Assembly (NCBI RefSeq): GCF_963921235.1
Contig: NC_086108.1
Coordinates: 26,102,001 to 26,166,000 of the forward strand
Length of the DNA: 64,000 bases
Direction of reading: 5' to 3'
Source: Mobula hypostoma
Taxonomy: Eukaryota
Part shown: piece by piece, positions 1 to 12,065 of the stretch
How positions within the stretch are numbered: the stretch's first letter is position 1
Layout: each line of letters opens with the position of its first letter
Made by a program: the position numbers and the translations under genes
The notes under the pieces: model-generated
What the model was told of the DNA's origin: nothing
The model's input: the letters and a program-made list of their open reading frames with translations, nothing else
The model's database searches: none

Positions 1-850
1 ACCACAAGGCTGTGTACTTATGCACCTGTTCTACTTGCTTTACACTTATGACCATGAGGTTAAGTACAGTTTCAATGCCATAGTTAAGTTGGTCGATTAC
101 ACCACTATTGGTGGTCAAATCAAACATGATGCCAAATCAGTATATAGGAGGCAGATTGAAAATCTTGTTGAATACTACCACAACAACAACTCTTCACTCA
201 ATACCAGCAACACCAAGGAGCTGATTGTTGACCACAAAAGGAGGAAATCAGAGGTCAATGAGACGGTCCTCATCGAGGGAATCACAGGTGGAGAGGGTCA
301 GCAACTTTAAATTCCTCAATGTTATAACCTCAGAGGGTCTGTCCTAGGTCAAGCACAGACTATAAGTGCCATTACAAAGAAAGCGTGTCAGTACCTCTAC
401 TTTCTTAGAAGTTTGCAAAAATTCAATATGTTATCTAAAACTTTGACAAACTTCTACAGATGTGTGCTGCAGAGAATGCTGACTAGTGGTAGTACTTCCT
501 GGTGTGGAAACACCAATGACCTTAAATGAAAAAGCCGCCAAAAAATAATCGATACAGTCCAGTCCATCACAGGTAAAACTCTTCACACCGTTGAGCACAT
601 CTGCATGGTTCAGGAACAGCTATTACCCCTCAGCCGTCAGGCTCTTGAACCAGAGGGGATAACATCATGCAACTTCACTCACCTCAACACTGGACTGTTC
701 CCACAACCTATGGAGTCATTTCAAGGATTCCTCACCTCATGTTCTCAATATTATTACATTTTTATTTATTATATTTATTATTTTATTTGTGCTTTTCTTG
801 TATTTTTGCACAGTTTTGCACATGGATTGTTTGGTCTTCTTGTCCGTGGT
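1..850 (+). mobile_element. Degenerate Rex1/Babar-type LINE, 3' part (RT C-terminus plus 3' UTR)
   Basis: ORF 20..310 (LYTYDHEVKYSFNAIVKLVDYTTIGGQI...TKELIVDH) is a decayed form of the YTxDC...KFADDTT...KTKELIVDF RT segment. The 3' UTR resembles those at 54327-54850 and 34400-35000. Confidence 0.75.
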
Positions 851-867
851 TTTTAATTTTTAATTTT

Positions 868-1016
868 TTCATTTACTGAGATATAGCCCGGAATAGGCCT
901 TTCTGGCGTAAGAGCCGCACTACCCAGCAACCCTCTAATTTAATGCTAGTCCAATCACGGGGCAATTTACAATGACCAATTAACCTACAGTCTTTGGACT
1001 GTGGGAGGAGACCCCA
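868..1016 (-). mobile_element. V-SINE 3' fragment
   Basis: Similar by eye to the 3' half of the SINE at 1788-2072 (caatttacaatgaccaattaacc...gtctttggactgtgggagga). Confidence 0.6.
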
Positions 1017-1787
1017 TGACTACACAAACATCCTAAATTTTAACCATGTTTGATCTTCCAAGAAACATAACCCATTGAATAATGCAGAATAGACGTTGCC
1101 AGATCACTTCACTTTGCAAAGCTTTGCCTCCAGCTTCAAGCTGATAAGAACTGGAGACTGGTTCTTATAACAGAAACAAATAGAGTAAAGAATATTTGTT
1201 AAAGGTTTAGCTTCATTACCAGCAACTCTGACCCTTTGTAAAGGCTATTCAATTATGTTGGAAAGCTGGGGTTAGCAGTAATCCTCTCAGCCCTGGAAAA
1301 TGAATACCCATCACAAGATATCATGTTTTTTCAACATTGTACTTCAGTAGTAGTTTGGAACTGAGAAGACAATCTTTACTTTTAAATGCTTCTGTCGCTA
1401 TATTAAACAAAGCACTTAATTAACCATCTGTACAGCCTCATCATGCCGAAAGTCATTAACCCAAAGAGTTTGTACATTCTCCTTGTAGCTGTTGCTGTTT
1501 CATCCAGGTACTTCAGATATACTCTCAAAGATACGTAGGTTAAAAGTTTAAATGGTCACTGTAAACTGCCCTCGTCTCTTATTGAGTCTCAGAATCTGGG
1601 GGCATTTGATGGGGAGAATAAAATGAGCTGAGTGTGGGAGGATGCTTGATAGCCGGTGTGGGCTCAAAGGGCTGAAGAACATGTTTCCATGTTGTATGGC
1701 ATTCCGTGTTGTATGCTTCATTCAGGTCAGCTAAATGTCTTATAGAGGAAAATATCACCTGCCACTATCTTGGTCAATTAGAAGCAT

Positions 1788-2072
1788 TTTATTTATTTAC
1801 GGAGATATAGTGTTGAACTGGCCCTTCCTGCCTTTCGAACCGTGCTGCCCAGCAATCCTCCAATTTAATTCCAGCCCAATCCCAAGACAATTTACAATTC
1901 CCAATTAACTTACTAACTGGTGCGTCTTTGAACTGGGGGAGGAAACCGGAGCACCTGGAGGAAACCCACATGATCACAGGGAGAAGATACAAGCTCCTTA
2001 CGGCTAGTGGCAGGAATTGAACTCTGGTTGCCTGTGCTGTAAAGCGTTGTGCTAACCATTAAGTACAGTGCC
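1788..2072 (-). mobile_element. tRNA-derived V-SINE (HE1/DANA-like), near full length
   Basis: The minus strand starts GGCACTGTACTTAATGGTTAGCAC (A-box-like) and has GAGTTCAATTCC (B box). It then has the V-domain motif GTGGGTTTCCTCCAGGTGCTCCGGTTTCCTCCC and an (AAAT)n tail. Confidence 0.8.
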
Positions 2073-2806
2073 ATTCTTTCTCCCCCATTCACCCCTCTCT
2101 AATCACTCTCCAGATCAAAATATCTTTGTTGAAACTTGGTTTTCCTTTCACAAAATGATCTCCATCCAAACACCTAAAATGAAACAGTTACTAACTTTGT
2201 GTGAAGTCATAGTCTCAGCAGCCTCTGAGCTCAGTTTGAGATTGTTATTGGGTTACCTCAAATATCAATTTCCTACTGACAAATTTCTGTCACCAGCCTT
2301 TGGTTGGCAGGTTTCTCCACATGTAATCACACATCAGTCTGCTGACAATAACCTAAGCATTCAACTGAAACCAAATCACTTACTGCCAATCAAAGCAAAA
2401 TCCATTTCAGGGGAAGTAAAAAATTTGTAGGATTGTTTGCTATGCCATATGGTGCAGGGAAATATAATGAAATTTCATCTTGTAAAGGGAAAGAGAAACT
2501 TCATGGGTGTAATCCCATATAATTCAACCCCGAATAAAAAGGGAAAAGATATTTTACCGACTAATCTATTTTCATTCAGGGAAAGAATCCAGCCATGAAC
2601 AGGTTGTAGACTGCTCACAGAGCAGAGGAGAAGGCAAATATAAAACTTTTTGACAACATTAGTCCTACATCAAATATCTGTTATTGTTTATTACTGAAAT
2701 GTGTAAGATCCTAAAGGAACACAACAAGGTGGATGTTTTTGAACACTAATTGAAGAATCTTAAATGAGGCAAAACAATTACGAAAGATAAGGGGCTGGTA
2801 ATTTAA

Positions 2807-3224
2807 CCCTTACATACTGTTCGGGTCAAATTTGACCCATTTTGACATTTGACAGCAGTAGAGACACCTAAATACTATTTTTTTTAGCCAAAATTTGATG
2901 ACTTTTCCTAAAGTGACACAAAATGTGCAAAAATGAAAATATTTAAAAATTTTATACTTTTCTACAGGTGCTACAAATTTTTGTACATTGAGGTTGTTCC
3001 AGGTCAAATTTGACCTGTATCTATTGAAATGAATTTTACATCTCTGAAACATTAATTAAGGATTAATCACCCATTTATTAATGTCAGACAGACTATTTAT
3101 ACATTCTAAATAGATCTGTGGTTCAAAATTTGGTATAGACACTTGTTATGAGGGGATTCTTGGGCCAGGTCAAAATTGACCTGGACCATACTGTGAAGGT
3201 ATAGAATATGAACTGTATGTAGGG
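2807..3224. mobile_element. piggyBac-type MITE (418 bp)
   Basis: TTAA lies on both sides (2803-2806, 3225-3228). TIRs are CCCTTACATACTGTTC and GAACTGTATGTAGGG. There are three internal GGTCAAAWTTGACC palindromes and no transposase ORF. Confidence 0.85.
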
Positions 3225-3278
3225 TTAAAATTGAGGTTTCATAGAAATTGCTTCTTGTAGAGAGGAATGACTATCTGA

Positions 3279-5976
3279 TGTTGTGTCTGTGCACAACTAC
3301 ATATTTATTAAATAAAAGCACGCACACAGGAGATAACTTTAACTGGTGTAGTCACATTGCAATGAGAGAGAGGGAAAGAACAATGTGCATGTGTAAACAG
3401 AGCATGCGTAGACAACAGATCAATACGTAGTTCTAAGGGAAAGGGGTCATTGCTCTAATAGAAATAGATCCATACGTTACACTTCCTCTCCTATACATCA
3501 GTGCAACATAAACTGTACATGTACAAAACATTCAATTTCCCTTTCATAAACCCATATTCCAAATTAACATGCTTTCACAGTAGCAATCCTTAACTATACA
3601 GGTCTAAAGGTCCAGTCTTTGGATGGTGTCCTGATCCTTTCCAAATAGTGCCTCTGGACCTGTGGAGTGGCATTAGGTTTGACAGGTGTCATGTCAATGA
3701 TAATATTCTTGGCGTCTGGTGACATCATCACTGAGAGGTAAGTCCAGTGACTGTAATGTGTCCATCTTGTTGGTTGCAATCGGTGTGATCTTCGGTTGAG
3801 CATCCAATATCTGGTCCACATGACGTTTCCATGACTGACCTCCAACATCCACTGTATATATCAGTGGTCCAATTCTTGTAGCCATCCTACTAGGTGTCCA
3901 TTCGTCTTCTTGGTAATTGCGCATTAGAACTTCCTGTCCAATCTCAAAGCTCCTTGATGCTTCACTTGGTAACTGGCATGGGTGGTGAGGAGCTGACTTG
4001 AAATGTCTGATGCCATTTTTCTTCAAGAATAGTCGGAATTCTTCTGATGTGTATTGTAGTCCATTGTCATTCCCAATTTGTTCTAGTAAGCCATTTCGGG
4101 CGAAGATAGCCCTCAGAGTGGAGACAGACTTTCCTGAGGTGCTTGATATCATTGGTATAACCTCTGGTCACTTCAAATGAACATCCACAGCTGACAGAAA
4201 CATGGAGACCATGAATGGCTCAGCAAAGTTAATCTGTACTCTTTGCCATGGCGACGATGGCCGCTCCCATGGGTGAAATGGTGCCTGTGGGGGTGCATTT
4301 TGAAACTTTAGGCATCCCAAACAGGTTTTGGTCAAGTCTTTAATCTATTCCCAGCTTCCACACATAGCTGCAGGTGAGACTCTTCATCTTGACTGTACCC
4401 TAGTGTTATTCATTCAGATTTTCTAAAACTCTAATGCACAGTTTAGAGGGAACCACAACACAAGATCCACACATCAGTGTTGCTTGTCATACCAACAGTT
4501 GGTCTCATCTCGCTGAGAGCTCTGGAAATATAGGATTACCATGAGCTGGCCATCCTTGCATGGTGATTTCATGGGCTTTTGACAATGTCAGGTCATTCCT
4601 TGTTTCCCTTTGTACTTCGGAAATTGTTAACCAGCAACTGGTCCACCAAAGCAGTGTGGAACACTTCTACTGGGTCACAGTATAAAGATTTTTTTCTTCA
4701 GTTGCCAACAGCGGAAGACATGACAAGCCATCAGCTGTTTGGTACCCTTGCACTCTATGTCATAAGAGTGGGCCCCTAGCCATAGTGTCCAATATTTATA
4801 ACCAGGTAGCAGTCACCACTGTAATTCCCCTCCTAGGGCTGAAAATGGACAAAGGAGCTAGTGATCTGTTACCCACATAAACTTCTGTCTGTAGAGGTAG
4901 TTGTGGAACTTCTTTCTTCCCCTTACTTGACTAAGGGCCTCTCGGTTGATCTATGTGTGGTTTCTTTCTACACTTATCAGTGTGCTTGAAGCCAACACGA
5001 TCAGTCTTTCAGATCCACCTTTCATAATATGTGACAAAATGGCACCAATGCCACATGGGGACACATCACACACCAGACTGATAGGCAGGGATGGGTCATC
5101 ATGGGTGAACAGTTCATCAGATGCTCCTAGTCTCTTTGTTTCCTTGAATGCTTTTTCACATTTTTCTGACCATTCCCACTTTGCTCCTGTCTGCAACAGT
5201 ACATTCAGTCGATGCAGTAATGTTTGTAGTAATGTTTGAGAGAATCTGGTGGTAGTAGTTTGCAAGGCCCAAGTATGACCTGAGTTGTAACACATTTTCA
5301 GTTTGGGGGGCAATTCTGCAATGTATTCTGAAAGGCTTTCATCTGTTGACTGGTTCCTTTTGTAAAATCTGAATCTCTCATCTATTACCAGTGGTGTAGA
5401 GTTCAAGTGATTTTGTAAAGTTGTAACAATTTAATCAAGCATCCTGCTTGCTGGCTTTGCAAGGGTTACTAACTTGTATAAGAGCCTGTACATTCTTGGC
5501 CTATTAAGCTAAGAAGTGTAGGGGCTTTCTTAAGCTCCTCCGCATTGTTCGTGTTACAATACCGTTCAACCCGCTGAATATACAACTCCCAGCCCTCATT
5601 AGCCTATCGAATTCACCAACTTTCCCAACTGAAGCCACCGCCACATTATTTTGACTTTAAATTCAATGTGGCTTTCACTGTTACTAGGCACAGTACTCGT
5701 GTGTTTGTTAACTCTTGCTATTTTGTCCCGAAACTGTCGGTGCAGTTTGTTATATTTTCTGACATTCAGGTTTGTACTTGTCACCAGATTCCTGTGTCTG
5801 TGCATAACTACATATATATTGAATAAAAGTATGCACACAGGAGATGCTTTAACTGGTGTATTCATATTGCAGTGAGAGGGAGAGCACAATGTGCATGCGC
5901 AGACAACAGATCAATACGAGGCACTAAGGAAGCGGGTGGGGTGATTACTCTAAAAGAAATAGACCCTTACGTTACA
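3279..5976 (-). mobile_element. Gypsy (Mag-like) LTR retrotransposon, internally deleted, copy 1
   Basis: Two similar ~190-200 bp LTRs (3279-3481 TG...CA; ~5789-5976) with 5-bp flanks TCTGA/TCTGG. PPT complement CTTCCTCTCC at 3482 and PBS-like TGGTGACAAG on the minus strand near 5778-5786. Relics of gag (ERFRFYKRNQ), RNase H (LVCDVSPCGIGAILSH) and integrase (DNGLQYTSEEF...SAPHHP). Confidence 0.9.
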
Positions 5977-6074
5977 TCTGGCATTATCTACCCCGGAGGG
6001 CTGTGGAGGCTAGAAGTATTTGAAGTGGCAGTAGATAAATTTTTGAAGGTCATAGGATTAATATGTGGTAATTA

Positions 6075-6420
6075 GCTTGTCACATGTACCAAGAAGATGT
6101 GAAAAGCTTCATTTTGCATGCCACTCATACAGATCATTTCAAAATGCAAAATACATTGTAGTGATACACTACAAAGCGAAAAGCAAAGCAGAATGAAAGT
6201 AGCGCATTGCAGTTACAGAGAAAGAGCAATGCAGATAGGCAAGGTTCAAGCTCCAAGACAAAGTAGATTGTGGTCGAAAGTTCATCTTTAATGTATAAGA
6301 TTTATTGAATCTTTAATTCAATAATCTTACAACAGTGGCTTCAAAGTTGTCCTGGAGCCTCGTTGTAAATGTTTTCAAGCTTGTATATCTTCTGCCTGAT
6401 GGAAAAGGGGAGAAGAGAAA
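6075..6420 (-). mobile_element. Rex1/Babar-like LINE 3' tail, degenerate
   Basis: gtcacatgtacc...gaaaagctt...ttgcatgcc and ttcaagcttgtatatcttctgcctgatgg are the reverse complement of the tail type at 48320-48625 and 49800-50170. Confidence 0.5.
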
Positions 6421-6747
6421 AAGGTGGATTGGAACCGAGTATTGAGAAGGATTTGAGGCCGAGGGCAATCAGTTATGATCATATTGAATTGCAGGGCAGG
6501 CTTGAGGGATCTGATGGCTGACTCATATTTCTATTTTCTTGTCCTCCAGTGTTCTGCTTAAACAGGCTGAAAAAACTCCTTGAAACTGGTTACATCAAAA
6601 AGACTCACTGGTCTAGCCATGCAATTCGACTCCTTCAATCTTATTTTGCAGGAACTTTGCAACTATAAAAAAAAAGCAGTACCATCAGCCTCAAGGAGGA
6701 CAGCTTCGGTTCTGTTCCATAACACTGTTGAACAATGGTCTTTCTTT

Positions 6748-9700
6748 AACAGTACAGCATGGAAACAGGTAGTTTGGCCCATCTAGTGCATACTGAAACA
6801 ATTTAAACAGCCTCGTCCCATCAGCTTGCACCTAGACTATAGCCTTCCATACCCCTCCCATATATGCATCTGTCCAAATTTCCCGTAAATGTTGACATCA
6901 AATCCTCATTCAACGCTTCTGCAGGCAGCAACTTCCATGCTTTCCCCACCCTCTGAGTGAAGAAGTTCCTCCTCATGTTCCCCTTAAACATTTCACCTTT
7001 CACCCTTAATCCATGATCTCTTGTTCTAGTCTCATCCAACATCAGTGGGAAAAGCCTGTTTGTATTTACTTTATATATACCCGAGAAGTTTGTATATCTC
7101 TACCGATTCTCCCCTCATTCTCCTAAGCTCTAGAGAATAAAGTCCTAACCTTTTTCAAACTTCCCTATAACTTGGGACCTCAAGTCTTGGCAACATCCTT
7201 ATAAATATACCCTGCATGCATTCAATCTTATTGACAACTTTCCTGATGAAAGATGACCAAAAGTGCTTACAATACTCCAAATTAGGCCTCACCAATGTCT
7301 TATACAACTTCAACATATCCTCCCAACTCTTGTACTCTAAACTTACACTTATGAAAACTCTTTACGACAATATTGACCTGTAACACTGCTTTCACAGATC
7401 CTGCTGCAAGCTCTGGTAGTCTTACTCACTGTCTACTATACCCTTAATTTTGATGTCATCCACAAACGTGTTGATGCAGTTCACCACATTATCATCCGGT
7501 TCGTTGAGAGATAAATCAAGCAACAATGGACCAGGCACCAATTCCTGCAGTTCTCACACCTTCAGTCAGAGAGGCAACCATTTTCTACCGGCGCTCTCTG
7601 GCTTCTCCGCTGAACCCAATGTCTAATCTAATTTACTACTTCATCGTGACTGAAAAGCGACTGAACCTTCTTTCTCAATGTTATCAAAGTCCTTGCTGTC
7701 GTCCATATAGCTATCATCCACTGCCTTGCCTTCATCAACTTTCCTGGTAACTTCCTCGAAAAACTCTATAAAATATAACCCACCACACACAAAGCCATGT
7801 TGTCTATCCCTAATTAGTCTCTGTCTATCCAGTCCCTTAATAACTTTCCCACTACTGATGTCAGGCTCACTAGCCTATAATTTCCAGGCTTAATCTTGGA
7901 GTCTTTCTTAGCAATAGAACAATATTATCTGTCCTCTAATCCTCCGGCACCTCATCCCTGGATAAGAACATTTTAAATATCTCTACTAGGACCCCTGTAA
8001 TTTCTGCACTTGCCTCCCACAGGGTCTGAGTGAACACATTGTCAGGCCCTGGGGATTTAACCACCCTAATTTGCCTCAAAACAGCAAGCACCTCCTTCTC
8101 TGTAATCTGTATATGGTCCATGACCTCACTGCTGCTTTACCTCACTTTTATAGATGTTGTGTCCATCTCCAGAGTAAATACAGATGTAAAAAAATCTATT
8201 TATAATCAGTCCCAACTATTTTGGCTCCATTCATAGGTGACCGCTCTGATCTTCCCCAGGACCAATTTAGTCCCTTGTTATCCTTTTCCTCTTAATATAT
8301 ATGTAGAAGCCCTTGGGATTCTCTTTCACCTTGTTTGTTAGAGCAACCTCATGTCTACTAATAGCCCTCCTGATTTCCTTCTTAAGTGTTTCCTTGCATT
8401 TCTCACACCTCTCGTGCCTCATTTGCTCCTTCCTGCCTGTAGTTGCCATGTACCTCCTTTTGGTCACCCCACTATAGGAAGGATGTTGAGGCTTTGGAGA
8501 GGGAGCAGAAGAGATTTACCAGGATGCTGCCTGGTTTAGAGGGCATGTGTTATCATAAGAGGCTGGATAAACTTGGGTTGTTTTCTCTGGAGTGGCAGAG
8601 GTTGAGGGGAGATCTGATTATGAGAGGCATACAAAGAGTAGACAGGGAGTGTCCGTGCCAGGGATGACATGTCTAATACCAAAGGGCATGCATTGAAAGT
8701 GAGAAGGGGTAGATTCAAAGAGAATGTGAGCAGTAAGTTTTTTCACTCAGAGAGTGGTGGATGCCTGGAATGCGGTCCCTGATATGGTGGTAGAGGCGAA
8801 TACATTAGAGGTTTTTAAGAGACATTGAAATAGGCACATGAATGTCAGGAAGGTGGAGGGATATGGACATGGTGTAGGTAAGAGGGATTAGATTTGGGGT
8901 GTTTTTGATTAGCTGTTTTAGCTGGTTTGGCACAACATTGTGGGCTGAAAGGCATGTTACTGTGCTGTACTGTTCTATGCTCTTTTTCTTAACTAGGGCC
9001 CCAATATCTCTCAAAAACAAAGTTTCCTTAAACCTGTTATCTTTGCCTTTTATTCTGACAGGCACATACAAACTCTATACTCTCAAAATTCCACTTTTGA
9101 AGGACTCCCACTTACCAAGTACACTTTTGCCAGAAAATAGCCTGTCCCAATCCATCAGAATTGGTCTTTTTCCAATTTAGGATCAGACATATCCTTCTCC
9201 ATAATTATCTTGAATCTAATGGTATTGTGATCACTAATTGCAAAGTGTTCCTTACACAATCTTCTGTTACCTCCCCTGCTTCATTCGCTAATAGGAGATC
9301 TAGCATCACACTCGCTCTCGTTGGGACCTTGATACACTGATTAAGGAAACGTTCCTGAACACATTTGAGAAACTGTGAACTCTCTTCAAACTTGCTCCTC
9401 TAAATCTTGCTCACTATTGGGTGGTCTATAATATAATCCCATTAATGTGGTCATTGTTCTCTTGTTCCTCAGTTCCACCTACATTACCTCAGTATATGAG
9501 CTATCCAGTCTGTCCTGGCTGAGTACTATTGTGATGTTTTCCCTGACGAGTAACGCAACCCCTCCCAGTCAATCACATCTAAAACAACAAAACCCTGGAA
9601 TATTGAGGTGCCAGTCGTGCCCCTTATGCTACCAAGTATCACTAATACCTACAATGTCATAATTCCATGTATTGATCCATGCCCTAACCTCATCCACCTT

Positions 9701-10790
9701 TCCTACAATAGTCCTTACATTCAAATATACACGACTCAGAACATTAGTCCCACCAAGTTCACCCTTTCAATTCTTAAGAATGTCGGCTTAATAACATTTT
9801 TTCTCCACAACCACTCTCCTACCTGCACTGGTGCTCTGGTTTCCATGCCCCTGTTACTCCTGGTCAATCCTCCGTGCAGCACTACCAAGGATATTGGACC
9901 CCCCCAGTTTAGATGCAAAGTGTCTCCTCCGTACAGGTCACATCATCCCTGGAAGAGAGCCCAATAATCCAAAATTTTGAAGCCCTCATTCCTGCCCCAT
10001 CTCTTTAACCATGTACTAAACTGTATGATCTTCCTATTTCTGGCCTCAATAGGATGTGGCACAGGTAGCAGTCCTGAGATCACAACCCTGGAGGTCCTGT
10101 CCTTTAACTTAGCACCAAATTCCCTGAACTCACTTTGCAGGATCTTGTCACCCTTCCTACCCCCCTTATTGGTACCAACATGGTCCATGACCTCTGGCTG
10201 CTCACCCATCTGAAGAATGCTGTGGATTAGTTCTGAGATTTCCCTGAACCTATCACCCAGGAGACAACATACCATCCCGGAATCGTGTTTTCATCTACAG
10301 AACCACTTGTCTGTTCTCCTAACCAATGAGTGCCCAATCAGTACAGCTCACTTTTTCTCCCCATGCTCCTACACAGTCAGACTCAGTGCCAGAGACCTGA
10401 CTGCTGTGGCTTTCTTCTGCAAAGTCATACTCCCATCAAAAGCAGTATACCTGTTATTGAGGGAAATGGCACAGGCTGGCTATCCCCTTTCCCCCTCCTG
10501 ACAGTCATCTACAGTATCTCCTGCACCTTGGGTGTAACTACCACTCTGTATTGCCTGTCAATCAACCCTTCAGCCTCCTGAATGATCCTGAGTTCACCCA
10601 GTTCCAAATCCAACTCCTTAAGGTGGTCTGAAAGAAGCTGTAGCTGGATGCTCTTTCCGCAGGCGGAGTAACCAGAAACAATGGATGTCTCCTGCATTCC
10701 CATGTCCCACAAGAGGAGCATTTCACTATCCTACCTGGCAATTCCACTGCTCTAACTGAGCAATATGAAAGAAAGAAAGAAAAGTTAAAA
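6748..10790 (-). mobile_element. CR1 LINE, near full length but degenerate (ORF1 and ORF2 relics)
   Basis: ORF1 relics: Cys-rich N-terminus (KCSSCGTWE, 10562-10993; SACGKSIQLQLL) and an SGNH-esterase-like block (HVGTN...VVISGLLPVP, 9943-10275; HLNWGG). ORF2 relics: KENPKGFYIYIKRKR, KSPGPD and RRNFFTQRV. Many stops and frameshifts. Confidence 0.85.
8458..8982 (+). mobile_element. CR1 3' fragment nested in the opposite-strand CR1
   Basis: FWSPHYRKDVEALEREQKRFTRMLPGL...LGLFSLE, ending in a tgttctatg tail. Host CR1 sequence continues on both sides. Confidence 0.8.
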
Positions 10791-10799
10791 TTAAACCAG

Positions 10800-11155
10800 T
10801 CTATATTTAAGTCTTTGGATAGATAAAATAATGAGGGATGTCGATGGGAGAATACGCACATTCTTTCAGGAACTAGAGGACAGAGGAGTATGGTGAGAGG
10901 GGAGAGATGTAAAATGACTGAGGTAAACCTGTTCACACAGTGGATGGTCTGAGCTGCTGGAGGAAGAGGCTGAGGCAGATACATTAACAGCATTTACAAG
11001 GAAATTGGTCAGGTAAATGGATAGGAAAGGTTTAAAAAATATGAGCTAAATGTGGGCAAGTGGGAATAGCTTAAATGGGAATATTGGATGAGATGAATCA
11101 TTTGGGCCAAAGAGCCTGTTTCTGTGCTCTAAGACTCTATGACTATGACTCTAAA
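10800..11155 (+). mobile_element. CR1 3' end, degenerate
   Basis: gggccaaagagcctgtttctgtgctc followed by a (ctatga)n tail, typical of the CR1 3' UTRs in this window. Confidence 0.6.
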
Positions 11156-11602
11156 TCATAACTCCATCACATTTTCTATTATAAAACTGTCCATGAACTT
11201 TGCATAAATAGATTTCCTACTGCAGGTGACATTAAAATCATGTCAGTATAAAAGACAACTGATATAGGGCATGAAAATGCAGAGGAATGGTATCAAAATA
11301 AAACAAATCTCTATTCATTGATGCCCTGAGGCTGTATTGTCAAAGCACCTTCCATAATAAGTCTAACATACAATGTTGCAGACATCTTCATTAGTTTCTC
11401 TCACTCTTGTGAGCTGAGTGAACTGCTAAATCTTCCAGCGAAAATCATCAGAAGGGTATTTGAAGGTTCTTTTCAAAGTAATACCACAGTCAAGTCGATT
11501 TTACAAGTTTACTAAACAAAATGGTTGCTTGCAAATACCATTCCATAACACTATCTAGCAGCTAAATCTTGTCTCTACAAGAGAAGGCCACTGTGATGTT
11601 TT

Positions 11603-11850
11603 TCCTTCTTCTTCTTGACCAATCACCCTACTTGGGCGTAGGTTGCCAATATGAGATTGCCAGAGTCCTCTGTCCTGGGCCAAAGGTTGATCAGCCCCAT
11701 GGCTTCCGTTTACACCACATGGTTTCGTACGTCTTCCAGTTGAAAATCCTTTCTCTCTCAGGGATGAGGACTTTGGAGCTGCTGCTGTCACTCCGGGCTT
11801 TTACGGGATGGGGTTGCTAGCCCCATGCCCAGCCCTTTTCCTTTCGCAGC
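11603..11850 (-). mobile_element. Short RTE-derived bipartite non-autonomous element
   Basis: The minus strand has GGGCTGGGCATGGGGCTAGCAACCCCATCCCGTAAAA (RTE 5' UTR-like) joined to sequence encoding LAQDRGLW (RTE C-terminal motif) and a (GAA)n tail. Confidence 0.55.
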
Positions 11851-12065
11851 CAGGCTTGGTGGAGTTGTGTTTTAGTGATGGTGTATTTGAAGAAAATATA
11901 GGACTGTGTGTAATCTTGGGCTTTACATATGGGCTTTGGAGTGGGTCAGAAATTAAATTTGTTGAAAATGGCAGCGCATCAGAAAACCTACCCTGACTTG
12001 CTGACTTCTCCATTTAACCACAGCACAACAGGCTGCACAGTAGCAAACTTACAAGATTCAGATTG

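Noticed and set aside
1990..2072. tRNA-like A and B boxes
   Set aside because: This is a SINE head continuing into the V-domain, not a cloverleaf tRNA gene.
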